The notes under the pieces: generated by a model
The model's input: only the letters and a program-made list of their open reading frames with translations
What the model was told of the DNA's origin: nothing
Database searches by the model: none
Origin: an uncultured Bacteroidaceae bacterium
Lineage (GTDB): Bacteria > Bacteroidota > Bacteroidia > Bacteroidales > Bacteroidaceae
Direction of reading: 5' to 3'
DNA: 64,000 bases
Assembly (NCBI GenBank): GCA_905235525.1
Contig: CAJOLW010000025.1
Span: 3,452 to 67,451, forward strand
Shown: positions 46,501-55,032 of the stretch, piece after piece
Position numbering within the stretch: position 1 is the first letter of the stretch
Layout of the letters: the number at the start of each line of letters is the position of its first letter
Program-made: the position numbers and the translations under genes

Positions 46501-47288
46501 GTAGCGGCACCGTTAAATGGCTCCACCGTGGTGGGGAAGTTGTGTGTTTCAGCCTTCAGCGAGATGACTGACTCAATATCCTTCACCTCAAAGTAGTCGC
46601 TCGTGGAGTGGTCGGCAGGAGCAAACTGCTCCACCACAGGACCTTGACTGAACGCTACGTTATCTTTATAGGCAGAAAGAATCTTGTTGGGATTCTCCTG
46701 CGTGGTCTTCTTGATCATCTGGAAGAGTGAACTCTCCTTCTCCTTGCCGTCGATGATGAAGGTGCCGCCGAAAATCTTGTGGCGGCAATGCTCAGAGTTG
46801 ATTTGTGCAAAGCCGAACACCTCAGAGTCCGTCAACTTTCTGCCCAACTGACCTTCCACCTTGTGCAGATAGTCAATTTCTTCAGGAGAGAGAGCAAGAC
46901 CCTCTTGTTCGTTATATTCTTCCAGGTTCTCGATATGCAGAATGGGAGCAGGCTCGATGTTTACCGTGAAGATGTCCTGATTCAAGTCCTTGTACATGCG
47001 CTGCAGCATGGGGTCGTACTCAGCATCTTCGCTGTCTACAGGGAAATACTCCTCAATGCGCTGCACACCTTGGATAGCCATGTTCTGCGTGATTTCCACA
47101 GCGTTGGTGCTCCAAGGCGTAATCATCTCACGGCGTGGACCTACATAAAAACCTTTCAAATTGTCTTCGCTTTCGGGTTGAGCTTCACCATACAGCCAGC
47201 AAAGTTCATTGGTTTCATCAGCGGAAAGTTCGTGATTCACCTGAGTGGCAATCACACTTTGCACTGGTGTTCTGAAAAAGTAAATCAT
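43500..47288 (-). CDS. purL: phosphoribosylformylglycinamidine synthase (single-chain large PurL)
   Basis: About 1260 aa with FGAM synthase blocks and a C-terminal glutaminase domain (LGICNGCQLM). Start placed at MIYFFRTPV, because the track start 47318 is the TTG inside the -7 box. Confidence 0.95.
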   Translation of the reverse strand: MIYFFRTPVQSVIATQVNHELSADETNELCWLYGEAQPESEDNLKGFYVGPRREMITPWSTNAVEITQNMAIQGVQRIEEYFPVDSEDAEYDPMLQRMYKDLNQDIFTVNIEPAPILHIENLEEYNEQEGLALSPEEIDYLHKVEGQLGRKLTDSEVFGFAQINSEHCRHKIFGGTFIIDGKEKESSLFQMIKKTTQENPNKILSAYKDNVAFSQGPVVEQFAPADHSTSDYFEVKDIESVISLKAETHNFPTTVEPFNGAATGTGGEIRDRMGGGVGSWPIAGTAVYMTSYPRNGVAPSQPHSYAKWTKSDKEGDIRPWEEILPVRKWLYQTPEQILIKASNGASDFGNKFGQPLICGSVLTFEHAEQQGDTTEEYGYDKVIMLAGGVGYGTKRDCLKGTPEKGNKIVVVGGDNYRIGLGGGSVSSVDTGRYSSGIELNAVQRANPEMQKRANNLVRALCEEEVNPVVSIHDHGSAGHVNCLSELVEECGGLIDMTKLPIGDQTLSSKEIIANESQERMGLLIDEKHIEHVRQIAERERAPLYVVGETTGDAHFAFEQGDGVRPFDLDVAQMFGHSPKTYMHDETVVRKYEDVSYSYNEIEIYLENVLQLEAVACKDWLTNKVDRSVTGKIARQQCQGEIQLPLSDCGVVALDYRGEKGIATAIGHAPQAGLADPKAGSVLSVAESLTNLVWAPLAEGLDSVSLSANWMWPCRSQKGEDARLYEGVQALSDFCCALQVNVPTGKDSLSMTQKYPDGSKIVSPGTVIVSSGGEVSDVKKVVSPVLVNDKNTALYHIDFSFDTLKLGGSAFAQSLGKVGSDVPTVKNPEYFRDAFLAVQELVKEGLILAGHDISAGGLITTLLEMTFANQKGGIKANLNGLEEKDPVKLLFAENPGVVIQVKNTDKRAVENLLNKAGVGFVEIGQPIEERQIVVKKGGRNRYFDIDKLRDIWYSTSYRLDTKQSFNGMAKQRFENYKNQPIEHKFPASFTGKLTQYGISADRRERTGIKAAIIREKGTNGEREMAYSLYLAGFDVKDVMMTDLVSGRETLEDINMIVFCGGFSNSDVLGSAKGWAGAFLFNPKAKAALDAFYAREDTLSLGICNGCQLMVELGLINNNHAVTDAKDYAQMLHNVSHKFESEFITLQIPENKSVMFGSLSGSKLGLWVAHGEGNFRLPKAEKDYNIVAKYNYSGYPGNPNGSTYDVAGIASADGRHLAMMPHLERAIFPWQQANYPADRKADEVTPWIEAFVNARKWVEKKMGK

Positions 47289-47315
47289 AAAGTTATGTGT
47301 CTGAAAATTTGGGTA

Positions 47316-47323
47316 CAAAGGTA
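47316..47323 (-). promoter_or_regulatory. Bacteroidota -7 box (TACCTTTG) for purL
   Basis: Plus strand reads CAAAGGTA, 28 nt upstream of ATG 47288. Confidence 0.5.
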
Positions 47324-47765
47324 CGACTTTTTTCCCGAACCCTCACCACAAAATAACGGCAACTTACATTATTTATAGAAAAAACGCTCACCATTCATTA
47401 TTTTCCCTCTTTTCAACGGCAACAGTAAAGCGACTTACACCGCACCTCAAGAAAGGGTCACACTCGTCATCACAATTACCTTATGCCCATCAAGGTAATT
47501 ACGGCTACGAGCGTACCATATTACCCATAAAACGTGACTTCGTGTGAAGCAGAGCCTCATTAGTTACGCACTTTTGTGTTATACTTACATTTTTTATCGT
47601 CACAAATTGACAATCTTTTTCTTTCCCCACCAACAATTCTCACAAAATTTTTCCCTCGTCTCATATATTCTCAGAAAAACACCTACCAACCATTTCGCTG
47701 ACATCACCGAAATGGTTGCCTATAAGAAAAAATCGAATATGTTTGTATGCTCCAAAGAAAAGCAC

Positions 47766-47773
47766 TACCTTTG
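47766..47773 (+). promoter_or_regulatory. Bacteroidota -7 box (TACCTTTG) for the thioesterase gene
   Basis: 15 nt upstream of ATG 47788. Confidence 0.5.
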
Positions 47774-47787
47774 CAAAAATAATCAAT

Positions 47788-48180
47788 ATGGCAAATTATA
47801 TTTTTGAGTTGAAGGATAAGGTACGTGACTATGAGTGCGACCTTCAGGGCATTGTGAACAATGCGAATTATCAGCACTATCTGGAGCATTGCCGACATGA
47901 GTTTCTGCTGGCGCACAACATCAGTCACGAGAAGGGGACGGATGCCGTGGTGGCTCGTCTGACGATGCAGTTTAAGGTGCCGCTGAAGAGTCGTGATGAG
48001 TATGTGACGAAACTCTGGATTAAGAAGGAAGGCGTGCGCTACATCTTTATGCAGGACATCTTCCGTCTGCCCGACATGAAGTTGTGCATCCGTGCACAGG
48101 TGGATTCGGTGTGTCTCGTGAATGGCACACTGGCTGAGAGCCCTGAACTGAACGAGAAATTTGCTCCCTTTCTTCAATAG
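47788..48180 (+). CDS. acyl-CoA thioesterase (4HBT/YbgC-like hot-dog fold)
   Basis: Start placed at MANYIFELKDKVRDYECDLQGIVNNANYQHYLEHCRHEFL. Confidence 0.85.
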   Translation: MANYIFELKDKVRDYECDLQGIVNNANYQHYLEHCRHEFLLAHNISHEKGTDAVVARLTMQFKVPLKSRDEYVTKLWIKKEGVRYIFMQDIFRLPDMKLCIRAQVDSVCLVNGTLAESPELNEKFAPFLQ

Positions 48181-48184
48181 TTAA

Positions 48185-48218
48185 AGCCCCCTCCGACTCC
48201 CCTGTTTAGGGGAGTGAG
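48185..48218. repeat. single arm of the G/C-hairpin element family
   Basis: AGCCCCCTCCGACTCCCCTGTTTAGGGGAGTGAGG, immediately after the thioesterase stop. Confidence 0.6.
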
Positions 48219-48230
48219 GTTAGGATTATC

Positions 48231-48293
48231 GTTGAGGTTTAGGGTTGACAGTTGTCCGTTGTCTGTTGTCTGTTTAGGGATAAGGTAAAGGTT
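48231..48293. repeat. nine in-phase heptads (TTGTCYG / TTTAGGG type) leading into the dprA start
   Basis: gttgagg|tttaggg|ttgacag|ttgtccg|ttgtctg|ttgtctg|tttaggg|ataaggt|aaaggtt. Confidence 0.7.
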
Positions 48294-48296
48294 TTC

Positions 48297-49427
48297 ATGA
48301 ACACACAAGAAATCATTTCTTCCATTGCGCTGACCAAACTGAAAGGTTTGAGTCTGCTGAATGCCCGTACCCTGATAGACACATTGGGGTCGGCAAGTGA
48401 GGTGTTTGCCCATCGGAAGGAAATTGTGGGCCTTATTCCTGATGCCAGTAAACGATTGGTGGCAGCATTTGACAAAACGGACGAGGTGCTGAGGCTTGCG
48501 GAAGAGGAGATGAAGTCTGTTGAGCAGAAAAAGTTGAGGGTGCTCACGTTGAATGACGAGGATTATCCGCAGCGACTGAGGGAGTGTGAGGATGCTCCGT
48601 TGGTGCTATATTCTTGTGGTTCTGCCAACTTGAACAGCCAGCGCATCGTCAGCATTGTGGGCACAAGGAAGTGTTCGGAATATGGGCGTGAGGTGTGCAA
48701 CAATTTCATTGCCGACTTGAAACGCTACTACCCTGACACGTTGATTGTGAGTGGACTGGCATACGGCATTGATGTTTGTGCCCATCGTGCGGCTCTTGAC
48801 AATGATATGTCAACGGTAGGGGTGCTGGCACATGGTTTGGACACCATTTACCCCTCCATGCATCGACAGGTGGCGGCAGACATGGTGCATCAGCAGGGAG
48901 GGTTGTTGACGGAATATCCCCTTCATACGCAAATTGAGAAGGGGAATTTTGTGCGTCGCAACCGCATTGTTGCTGGCTTGTGCGATGCTTGTATTGTGGT
49001 GGAGAGTTCGGAACGGGGTGGCTCCCTCATCACTGCCGAATTGGCTATGGAATACAATCGTGATGTGTTTGCTTTTCCGGGACGGGTGTATGATGAGTAT
49101 AGTCGGGGATGCAATCATCTCATCCGTAAGCAGCGGGCAACTTTGCTCACTTGTGCTGCCGACCTTCTCGATGCGATGGGTTGGAAGAATCCGTTGGCAC
49201 AAACATCTCCCCAAAAGGTTGTTCAACAAGAACTTTTCCCAAACCTTACCGCTGAGGAACATGTGTTGGTGAACACGCTCAAGGATGTGGATGATAAGCA
49301 CATCAATCAGATTGCCATCGATGCCAATATTCCTTACTCACGCGCCAGCATGATTCTTTTTGATTTAGAGATGAAGGGGATAGTGAAGGCACTCGGAGGA
49401 GCAAGATACAGGCTGGTGCATAAGTGA
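48297..49427 (+). CDS. dprA: DNA-processing protein DprA
   Basis: Start placed at MNTQEIISSIALTKLKGLS. Rossmann-like block IVSIVGTRKCSEYGREV...VSGLAYGIDVCAHRAAL...GVLAHGLDTIYP. Confidence 0.9.
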   Translation: MNTQEIISSIALTKLKGLSLLNARTLIDTLGSASEVFAHRKEIVGLIPDASKRLVAAFDKTDEVLRLAEEEMKSVEQKKLRVLTLNDEDYPQRLRECEDAPLVLYSCGSANLNSQRIVSIVGTRKCSEYGREVCNNFIADLKRYYPDTLIVSGLAYGIDVCAHRAALDNDMSTVGVLAHGLDTIYPSMHRQVAADMVHQQGGLLTEYPLHTQIEKGNFVRRNRIVAGLCDACIVVESSERGGSLITAELAMEYNRDVFAFPGRVYDEYSRGCNHLIRKQRATLLTCAADLLDAMGWKNPLAQTSPQKVVQQELFPNLTAEEHVLVNTLKDVDDKHINQIAIDANIPYSRASMILFDLEMKGIVKALGGARYRLVHK

Positions 49428-49482
49428 AAAATCTAAGTTACATGCTATGCGGGATGTTCCTCATGAACAAAGTAATTTAGAT

Positions 49483-49503
49483 TTTTCACTTTTCACTTTT
49501 CAC
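49483..49503. repeat. 3 x TTTTCAC perfect heptad array
   Basis: ttttcac ttttcac ttttcac between the convergent dprA and msbA-like stops. The same heptad occurs 4 times at 5470-5497. Confidence 0.8.
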
Positions 49504-49507
49504 TTCC

Positions 49508-51274
49508 TCACAACGCCTGCATGTCGTTCAGTTTCTTGTAGTAGCCATTCATTCCTATCAACTCCTCGTGCGTTCCACGCTCCACTATCTTTCCTTCATG
49601 AAGCACAAAAATCTCATTGGCATTCTTGATGGTGGAAAGACGGTGTGCAATGGCTATGGTGGTACGTGACCTCATGAGTTTTTCCAATGCGTCCTGCACG
49701 AGGCGCTCACTCTCTGTATCGAGTGCCGAGGTGGCTTCGTCAAGAATGAGGATGGGGGGATTCTTCAAGATGGCTCGTGCAATGGAAATGCGTTGACGCT
49801 GTCCGCCAGAAAGCCTGCCGCCTCTGTCGCCCACATTCGTCTGATACCCCTGTTCCATCTCCATGATGAAGTCGTGGGCATTGGCAATCTTAGCCGCAGC
49901 CTCTACCTGTTCCTGTGTGGCATTCTCCACACCAAAGGCGATGTTGTTGAAGATGGTGTCGTTGAAGAGAATAGCCTCCTGATTCACGTTACCGATGAGG
50001 CTACGTAAGGAGTGGATACACAGGTTGCGTACATCTTCCCCGTCAATCTTGATGGCACCAGAAGAGACATCGTGATAGCGTGGAATGAGGTCAACGAGTG
50101 TGCTCTTTCCTGAACCGGACTGTCCTACGAGCGCAATGGTTTGCCCTTTCTTAATGGTGAGATTGATGTCATGCAGAATCTCATGCCCCTCGTTGTAGGA
50201 GAAATGTACATTCTCCAACTGTATGGAGTCGTTGAGTGCCTCTATCTGCTTGGGTTCAGCCACTTCTTTGATATTGTTCTCGGCATGGAGAATCTTATTG
50301 ATACGCTCTAACGAGGCAAGTCCTTTCTGGATGCTATAACCTGCCTTGGAGAGGTCTTTGATGGGTTGGAGAGTGGTGTAGAGAATGACCAGATAGTAGA
50401 TGAATCCGCTGGCATCAATGGGGCTGCTGCCCGAGAAGATGAGATAGCCGCCAAACCACAAGACAATGACAATCATGCAGGTGCCTAAAAACTCACTGAC
50501 GGGGTGGGCTGCTGATTGACGAATCGCCACTTTCATGGAGGCATTGCGGAACTCGTTGTTCACTGCCGTGAAGCGGTCTTCCATCTTTTTTTCTGCAATG
50601 AAGGCCTTGATGATACGGAGTCCTCCGAGGGTTTCCTCTATCTGACTGATTCCATCGCTCCATTTCGATTGTGCATAAAGGGAGTTCTGCTTGAGTTTCT
50701 TGCCGATACGCCCGATGCCGCCTGCCAGCAGAGGCACTACCAGCAGGGTGAAAAGCGTGAGTTGCCAACTCATGGTAAACATCGTTCCTACATATACCAA
50801 AATGAAGATGGGGTTCTTGATAATCATGTCGAGCGATGAAGTGATGCTGCTGTCAATCTCATTCACATCGGTCGAGACACGTGCCAAGATATCGCCTTTC
50901 CGTTCCTCAGAGAAGAACGAAAGCGGCAAGGAAAGAATCTTCTTGTAGATGTCGGCACGGACATCGCGGATGATGCCTGTGCGGAGAGGCATCAAACAGG
51001 CTGAACCGCCAAAATAGGTGGCAGTCTTCAGCAAGGTGAGGCTGGCAAGCACAATGCCTAACACCAACAGCGTTGTGGCAGGACCATAGGTGTCGACCAG
51101 ACATTGCGAGTAGTAGTAGCCGTTGTTTGTCATCACCTCCACCAGATTATCCACATTGCATGTGCTCCAATCCACCAGTTCGTACCGCTCAGTGTTCACC
51201 TTGAAGAGAATCTGCAGAATCGGCAACAAGATGGAGAAGGAGAATACGTTGAAGAGTGCTGCCAAGATATTCAT
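49508..51274 (-). CDS. ABC transporter permease/ATP-binding fusion (MsbA-like exporter)
   Basis: 588 aa with a six-TM domain plus NBD (GQSGSGKSTLV, LSGGQRQRISIARA, ILILDEATSALD). The 5' end is possibly disrupted; see findings. Confidence 0.88.
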   Translation of the reverse strand: MNILAALFNVFSFSILLPILQILFKVNTERYELVDWSTCNVDNLVEVMTNNGYYYSQCLVDTYGPATTLLVLGIVLASLTLLKTATYFGGSACLMPLRTGIIRDVRADIYKKILSLPLSFFSEERKGDILARVSTDVNEIDSSITSSLDMIIKNPIFILVYVGTMFTMSWQLTLFTLLVVPLLAGGIGRIGKKLKQNSLYAQSKWSDGISQIEETLGGLRIIKAFIAEKKMEDRFTAVNNEFRNASMKVAIRQSAAHPVSEFLGTCMIVIVLWFGGYLIFSGSSPIDASGFIYYLVILYTTLQPIKDLSKAGYSIQKGLASLERINKILHAENNIKEVAEPKQIEALNDSIQLENVHFSYNEGHEILHDINLTIKKGQTIALVGQSGSGKSTLVDLIPRYHDVSSGAIKIDGEDVRNLCIHSLRSLIGNVNQEAILFNDTIFNNIAFGVENATQEQVEAAAKIANAHDFIMEMEQGYQTNVGDRGGRLSGGQRQRISIARAILKNPPILILDEATSALDTESERLVQDALEKLMRSRTTIAIAHRLSTIKNANEIFVLHEGKIVERGTHEELIGMNGYYKKLNDMQAL

Positions 51275-51340
51275 GGCAAACGTTCCTGCAATGTATCCTT
51301 TGTAGCGGGCAAAGTATTTGCTGGTTGAAGAATTCTTTCA

Positions 51341-51769
51341 TTAACTATTGTTTTTTGCTTTGAATGCCATCGCATAGAGTTTCATCTGCTTCAGCATTGC
51401 CAAAAGCCCGTTGCTGCGTGTGGGAGAAAGGTGCTCCTTCAAACCGATGTCCTCAATAAAATGAAGATCGGCATTCAAGATGTCGTCGGGTGTCTGGTTG
51501 TCCAACACACGGATGAGCAAGGTGACAATACCCTTCACGATGAGCGCATCACTCTCTGCCTGATAGTGAATCTTCCCTTCTGGCGTGAGGTCTGCCTGCA
51601 ACCACACACGGCTTTGGCAACCATCAATGAGGTTGCTCTCCACCTTGTATTGTTCGGGCAGTGGTTCTTGTTCACTGCCTAAGTCGATGAGCATCTGATA
51701 TTTGTCCATCCAATCATCGAAACCTTCAAACTCTTCGATGACTTCCTGCTGTACTTCTTCTATTGTCAT
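51341..51769 (-). CDS. sufE: SufE-family sulfur acceptor protein
   Basis: Start placed at MTIEEVQQEVIEEFEGFDDWMDKYQ (ATGA overlap with the upstream stop). Conserved LIDGCQSRVWL. Confidence 0.85.
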   Translation of the reverse strand: MTIEEVQQEVIEEFEGFDDWMDKYQMLIDLGSEQEPLPEQYKVESNLIDGCQSRVWLQADLTPEGKIHYQAESDALIVKGIVTLLIRVLDNQTPDDILNADLHFIEDIGLKEHLSPTRSNGLLAMLKQMKLYAMAFKAKNNS

Positions 51770-52737
51770 TGTTCTGTCCATATCACCTCCAGCATGGTTT
51801 GCCCCACTGCCTTCAGTGTTTCTTTGTTGATGTTCTTGATATTGTCGTCCAAAGTGTGCCAAGTGCTGGGGAATCCTCCATTTTTTGTGTCGGAGCCAAT
51901 CACGTCTATGCAGGGGATGCCTCCTTGATTCACTTGTAGGTGGTCGTCGGTGATGTAACCGCCTTCTTGGTCGTAACTGAAATATTTGCCATATCCGATG
52001 CGTCCAGCAGCACCCCATACTTTGTCCACGATGGAGGGTGCATAACTCATGGAGTACTGCTCACGATAGAAGACTGTGTTGCCACCTCCCACCATGTCGA
52101 GGTTGATGCCATAACGTGCTGTGTAACCCTCCACATGACGTTTGCCTGACCAGTACTGGCTGCCTAAGCACCAACTGCTTGCGTTGTTGCTGCCGCCACC
52201 TTCACCACTGTCTTCAGCATCCCAACAGATGAAATCCACACCCATCTTTACTTGGTTGGAATCGTTTGCCAACTGCAACTGACGTGCTATCTCCAGCATC
52301 ACACCAATGGAACTGCCACCATCGTTGGCACCATCAATCGGGGTATTGTGATTTGCTTCATCAGGGTCATTGTCTGCCCATTGACGGCTGTCCCAATGTC
52401 CTGCAATCAAGATTCGTTCTGCTGCTTCAGGGTTGTAAGAGGCAATGATGTTGCGCATCTTGATGGGGGTGCCGTCATAGAGTTTCGCGTCGGTATACTG
52501 ATCATATACCACAGCACCGAAACTCTTGAATTTTTGGGCAATATACTCCCCACACGAATCGTGTGCCACCGAGTTCATCACACGGGGACCAAATGCACAT
52601 TGTTCAGCCACGTATGTATAGGCAGAATCTTCACAAAAAGCGGGTGCCGGTGACACGTAATCGGCCACCTCCACCTTCTTTTCCTTGCAACCTGCCAGTA
52701 GCAGAGCCAATGCTACAAAATATAGTATTTTCTTCAT
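51766..52737 (-). CDS. M28-family lipoprotein, glutaminyl-peptide cyclotransferase-like
   Basis: Start placed at MKKILYFVALALLLAGC (lipobox). Contains IAGHWDSRQWADND...DGANDGGSSIGVMLEIAR. The glutaminyl cyclase assignment is from memory of oral Bacteroidota enzymes. Confidence 0.75.
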   Translation of the reverse strand: MKKILYFVALALLLAGCKEKKVEVADYVSPAPAFCEDSAYTYVAEQCAFGPRVMNSVAHDSCGEYIAQKFKSFGAVVYDQYTDAKLYDGTPIKMRNIIASYNPEAAERILIAGHWDSRQWADNDPDEANHNTPIDGANDGGSSIGVMLEIARQLQLANDSNQVKMGVDFICWDAEDSGEGGGSNNASSWCLGSQYWSGKRHVEGYTARYGINLDMVGGGNTVFYREQYSMSYAPSIVDKVWGAAGRIGYGKYFSYDQEGGYITDDHLQVNQGGIPCIDVIGSDTKNGGFPSTWHTLDDNIKNINKETLKAVGQTMLEVIWTEQ

Positions 52738-52757
52738 TTTTGATGATTTAGCAGGTG

Positions 52758-52765
52758 CAAAGGTA
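52758..52765 (-). promoter_or_regulatory. Bacteroidota -7 box (TACCTTTG) for the M28/sufE pair
   Basis: Plus strand reads CAAAGGTA, 21 nt upstream of ATG 52737. Confidence 0.45.
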
Positions 52766-52771
52766 CGGATT

Positions 52772-53371
52772 TTAATTGAAAAATAGAAACTCTGCCAGTT
52801 TTTCCACTGCTTTTGCACGGTGACTGATGTTATTTTTCACCTCATTGCCCAATTCGGCAAAGGTCTTTTCATAGCCATCAGGTACAAAAAGTGGGTCATA
52901 ACCGAAGCCTCCATCGCCATGTTTTTCCGTGATGATATGTCCCTCGACAACTCCATCGAAGAAGTGTGTCCCACCCTCATAAATCAAGGCAATGCAAGTA
53001 CGGAAACAAGCCTTTCGGTTCTCTTTTCCAGCCAGTTTCTCAAGCAGCACATCCATGTTGGCATCGTCCTTGCTGCCAGCGGTCACCTGACGGCCATTCT
53101 TTACAGCATAACGTGCTGAATACACACCGGGATCTCCCCCTAATGCTTCCACTTGCAGACCTGAATCGTCGGCAAAGCAGTCCAATCCGAAATGCTCCTT
53201 CACATAGCGAGCCTTCTGCAGGGCATTTTCGCGAAATGTCGTCCCTGTTTCTGGGATGTCCACGTTGCAGTCGATGTCCTTCAGGCTTTTCACGTCAAAT
53301 TTGTTGCCAAGAATGGCACGTATCTCTTCCAACTTATGTGCATTGTTGCTGGCGAACACCAATGTTTTCAT
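52772..53371 (-). CDS. rdgB: non-canonical purine NTP pyrophosphatase (RdgB/HAM1)
   Basis: 199 aa with [55 protein letters not shown] and GFGYDPLF. Confidence 0.93.
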   Translation of the reverse strand: MKTLVFASNNAHKLEEIRAILGNKFDVKSLKDIDCNVDIPETGTTFRENALQKARYVKEHFGLDCFADDSGLQVEALGGDPGVYSARYAVKNGRQVTAGSKDDANMDVLLEKLAGKENRKACFRTCIALIYEGGTHFFDGVVEGHIITEKHGDGGFGYDPLFVPDGYEKTFAELGNEVKNNISHRAKAVEKLAEFLFFN

Positions 53372-53567
53372 ATCTTTTCTTTATTTTGTGCAAAAATAGC
53401 ATATTCTTTTTACATTGGTTAACACATTCATACTATTTTTTATCTTTTTCTGCATTTTTTCTTCTTTTTCTTTGACAAATAGAAAAAAAAGACCTACTTT
53501 TGTTTACAATTTGTTTTTCACATATTCATAAATAAAGAAAAAAGACAACCGATAACTTCCTTAAATA

Positions 53568-54092
53568 ATGGAAAAGATAGATAAACTTGACAAGCAGATT
53601 ATGGAGATCATCTCCGCTAATGCCCGTATTCCTTTCAAAGATGTTGCAGCCGTTTGTGGTGTATCTCGAGCAGCCATCCATCAGCGCGTTCAGCGTTTGA
53701 TTGATACCAATGTCATCGTGGGTTCGGGCTACGTCATCAACCCCAAGAGCCTCGGCTACAAGACTTGTACCTATGTGGGTATCCGTCTGGAGAAAGGTTC
53801 TATGTATGAACGTGTGGTGAGTGAACTCAACAAGATTCCTGAAATTGTGGAATGCCACTACACCACTGGTCCCTATACCATGATGGTGAAACTCTACGCT
53901 CGCGACAATGAGCAACTCATGGATCTTCTCAACCGTAAGATTCAGGGTATCACAGGTGTCGATTCCACCGAGACCCTCATCTCGCTCGACCAGAGCATCA
54001 AAAAGGAGGTACCTATCTGCGTGACTGATAAGGCTGAAGAGAAAATCCAAAAGGGTGGTAAGGCAAAAATCATCCTCGCAGAAGACGAATAA
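53568..54092 (+). CDS. Lrp/AsnC family transcriptional regulator
   Basis: 174 aa with HTH LDKQIMEIISANARIPFKDVAAVCGVSRAAIHQRVQRL and a RAM/ACT-like C-terminal domain. A TACTTTTG box lies at 53495. Confidence 0.88.
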   Translation: MEKIDKLDKQIMEIISANARIPFKDVAAVCGVSRAAIHQRVQRLIDTNVIVGSGYVINPKSLGYKTCTYVGIRLEKGSMYERVVSELNKIPEIVECHYTTGPYTMMVKLYARDNEQLMDLLNRKIQGITGVDSTETLISLDQSIKKEVPICVTDKAEEKIQKGGKAKIILAEDE

Positions 54093-54130
54093 GCAAAAAC
54101 AGATAGATAGACATTTTAAAATCGATAAAG

Positions 54131-54169
54131 ACGGGCACTCAGCACGAAATAATACTGCTGAGTGCCCGT
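54131..54169. terminator. perfect 14-bp stem hairpin between convergent genes
   Basis: ACGGGCACTCAGCA cgaaataatac TGCTGAGTGCCCGT. There is no clear T-run, so its function as a terminator is uncertain. Confidence 0.45.
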
Positions 54170-54197
54170 AATACGATGTGCGCGGTGTGTGAATAGA

Positions 54198-54246
54198 GAC
54201 CCTTCAACTCCCTTGTATAGGGGAGAGAAAGCCCCCTCCAACTCCA
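54198..54246. repeat. G/C-hairpin element family member (arm plus partial arm)
   Basis: GACCCTTCAACTCCCTTGTATAGGGGAGAGAAAGCCCCCTCCAACTCC. Confidence 0.55.
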
Positions 54247-54372
54247 ATAAAATGACGTCAGTTCGATGAATTCCAACAAAAATAATTGATGAAAAATTGG
54301 CGTAGCCAATGACCAGGAATTAATCACAAATTTTTCATGAATTTAATATTTGTAGTTTTCGTTGAATTCACG

Positions 54373-55014
54373 TTATTTTAGATGGCGTGAATGGTGAAGG
54401 TTTTCGTCGAAGACTTTGAATTCGTAGCCTTCATTGCGGAGCCATTCAATGCATTGTGGCAGTATCTTCTTCAGTTTGTCGATGCTGCGGAGAGAGTCGT
54501 GGAAAGTAATAATAGAACCGTTGCGGGTGTATCGCTTCACATTCTCGAACACCTCTTCGGCTGTGAGGCGTTTGGAGTAATCGCGTGTGACAAGGTCCCA
54601 CATGATAATGGTGTAGTGGCGGCGCAGGCTGATGTATTGGGCATTGCGCATCCATCCACGAGGGGGGCGGAAAAGATTTGAGTGGATGAGTTTGTCGGCT
54701 TCGTTGGCATTACGCAGGTAGCGACCACTACCCACCAGAAGTCCGCCGATGTGGTTGAAGGTGTGGTTGCCCAGACGATGCCCATGAGAATGGATGAGTT
54801 CAAGTAGGTGAGGGTATTTCCTCACGTTGTCACCCACCATGAAGAAGGTGGCTTTGACGTCGTAGCGATCAAGAGTCTCGATGAGCCACGGGGTCGATTC
54901 GGGGATGGGTCCGTCGTCGAAGGTCAGATAGACTGCTTTCTCTGTCGGATCCATTCTCCAGATGGCACTGGGATACAACCAGCGCAGCCATTTGGTGGGT
55001 TGTTCGATGATCAT
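54373..55014 (-). CDS. polysaccharide deacetylase (NodB-homology) family protein
   Basis: 213 aa with YLTFDDGP, ATFFMVGDNV and HGHRLGNHTFNH. Confidence 0.88.
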   Translation of the reverse strand: MIIEQPTKWLRWLYPSAIWRMDPTEKAVYLTFDDGPIPESTPWLIETLDRYDVKATFFMVGDNVRKYPHLLELIHSHGHRLGNHTFNHIGGLLVGSGRYLRNANEADKLIHSNLFRPPRGWMRNAQYISLRRHYTIIMWDLVTRDYSKRLTAEEVFENVKRYTRNGSIITFHDSLRSIDKLKKILPQCIEWLRNEGYEFKVFDENLHHSRHLK

Positions 55015-55032
55015 AGTTTAGTGGTAGATGTC

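Noticed and set aside
47324-47787. Possible purine or ZTP riboswitch or ncRNA in the 460-nt divergent purL/thioesterase region, and ORF 47544-47807
   Set aside because: I found only a 9-bp hairpin (AATTACCTT...AAGGTAATT near 47475-47502) and no conserved riboswitch core. The ORF is low-complexity and runs through the thioesterase promoter.
51770-52018. Upstream extension of the SufE ORF (track 51341-52018)
   Set aside because: The extension overlaps the 3' part of the M28-like gene in another frame. MTIEEV at 51769 gives an ATGA-coupled start and a normal SufE length.
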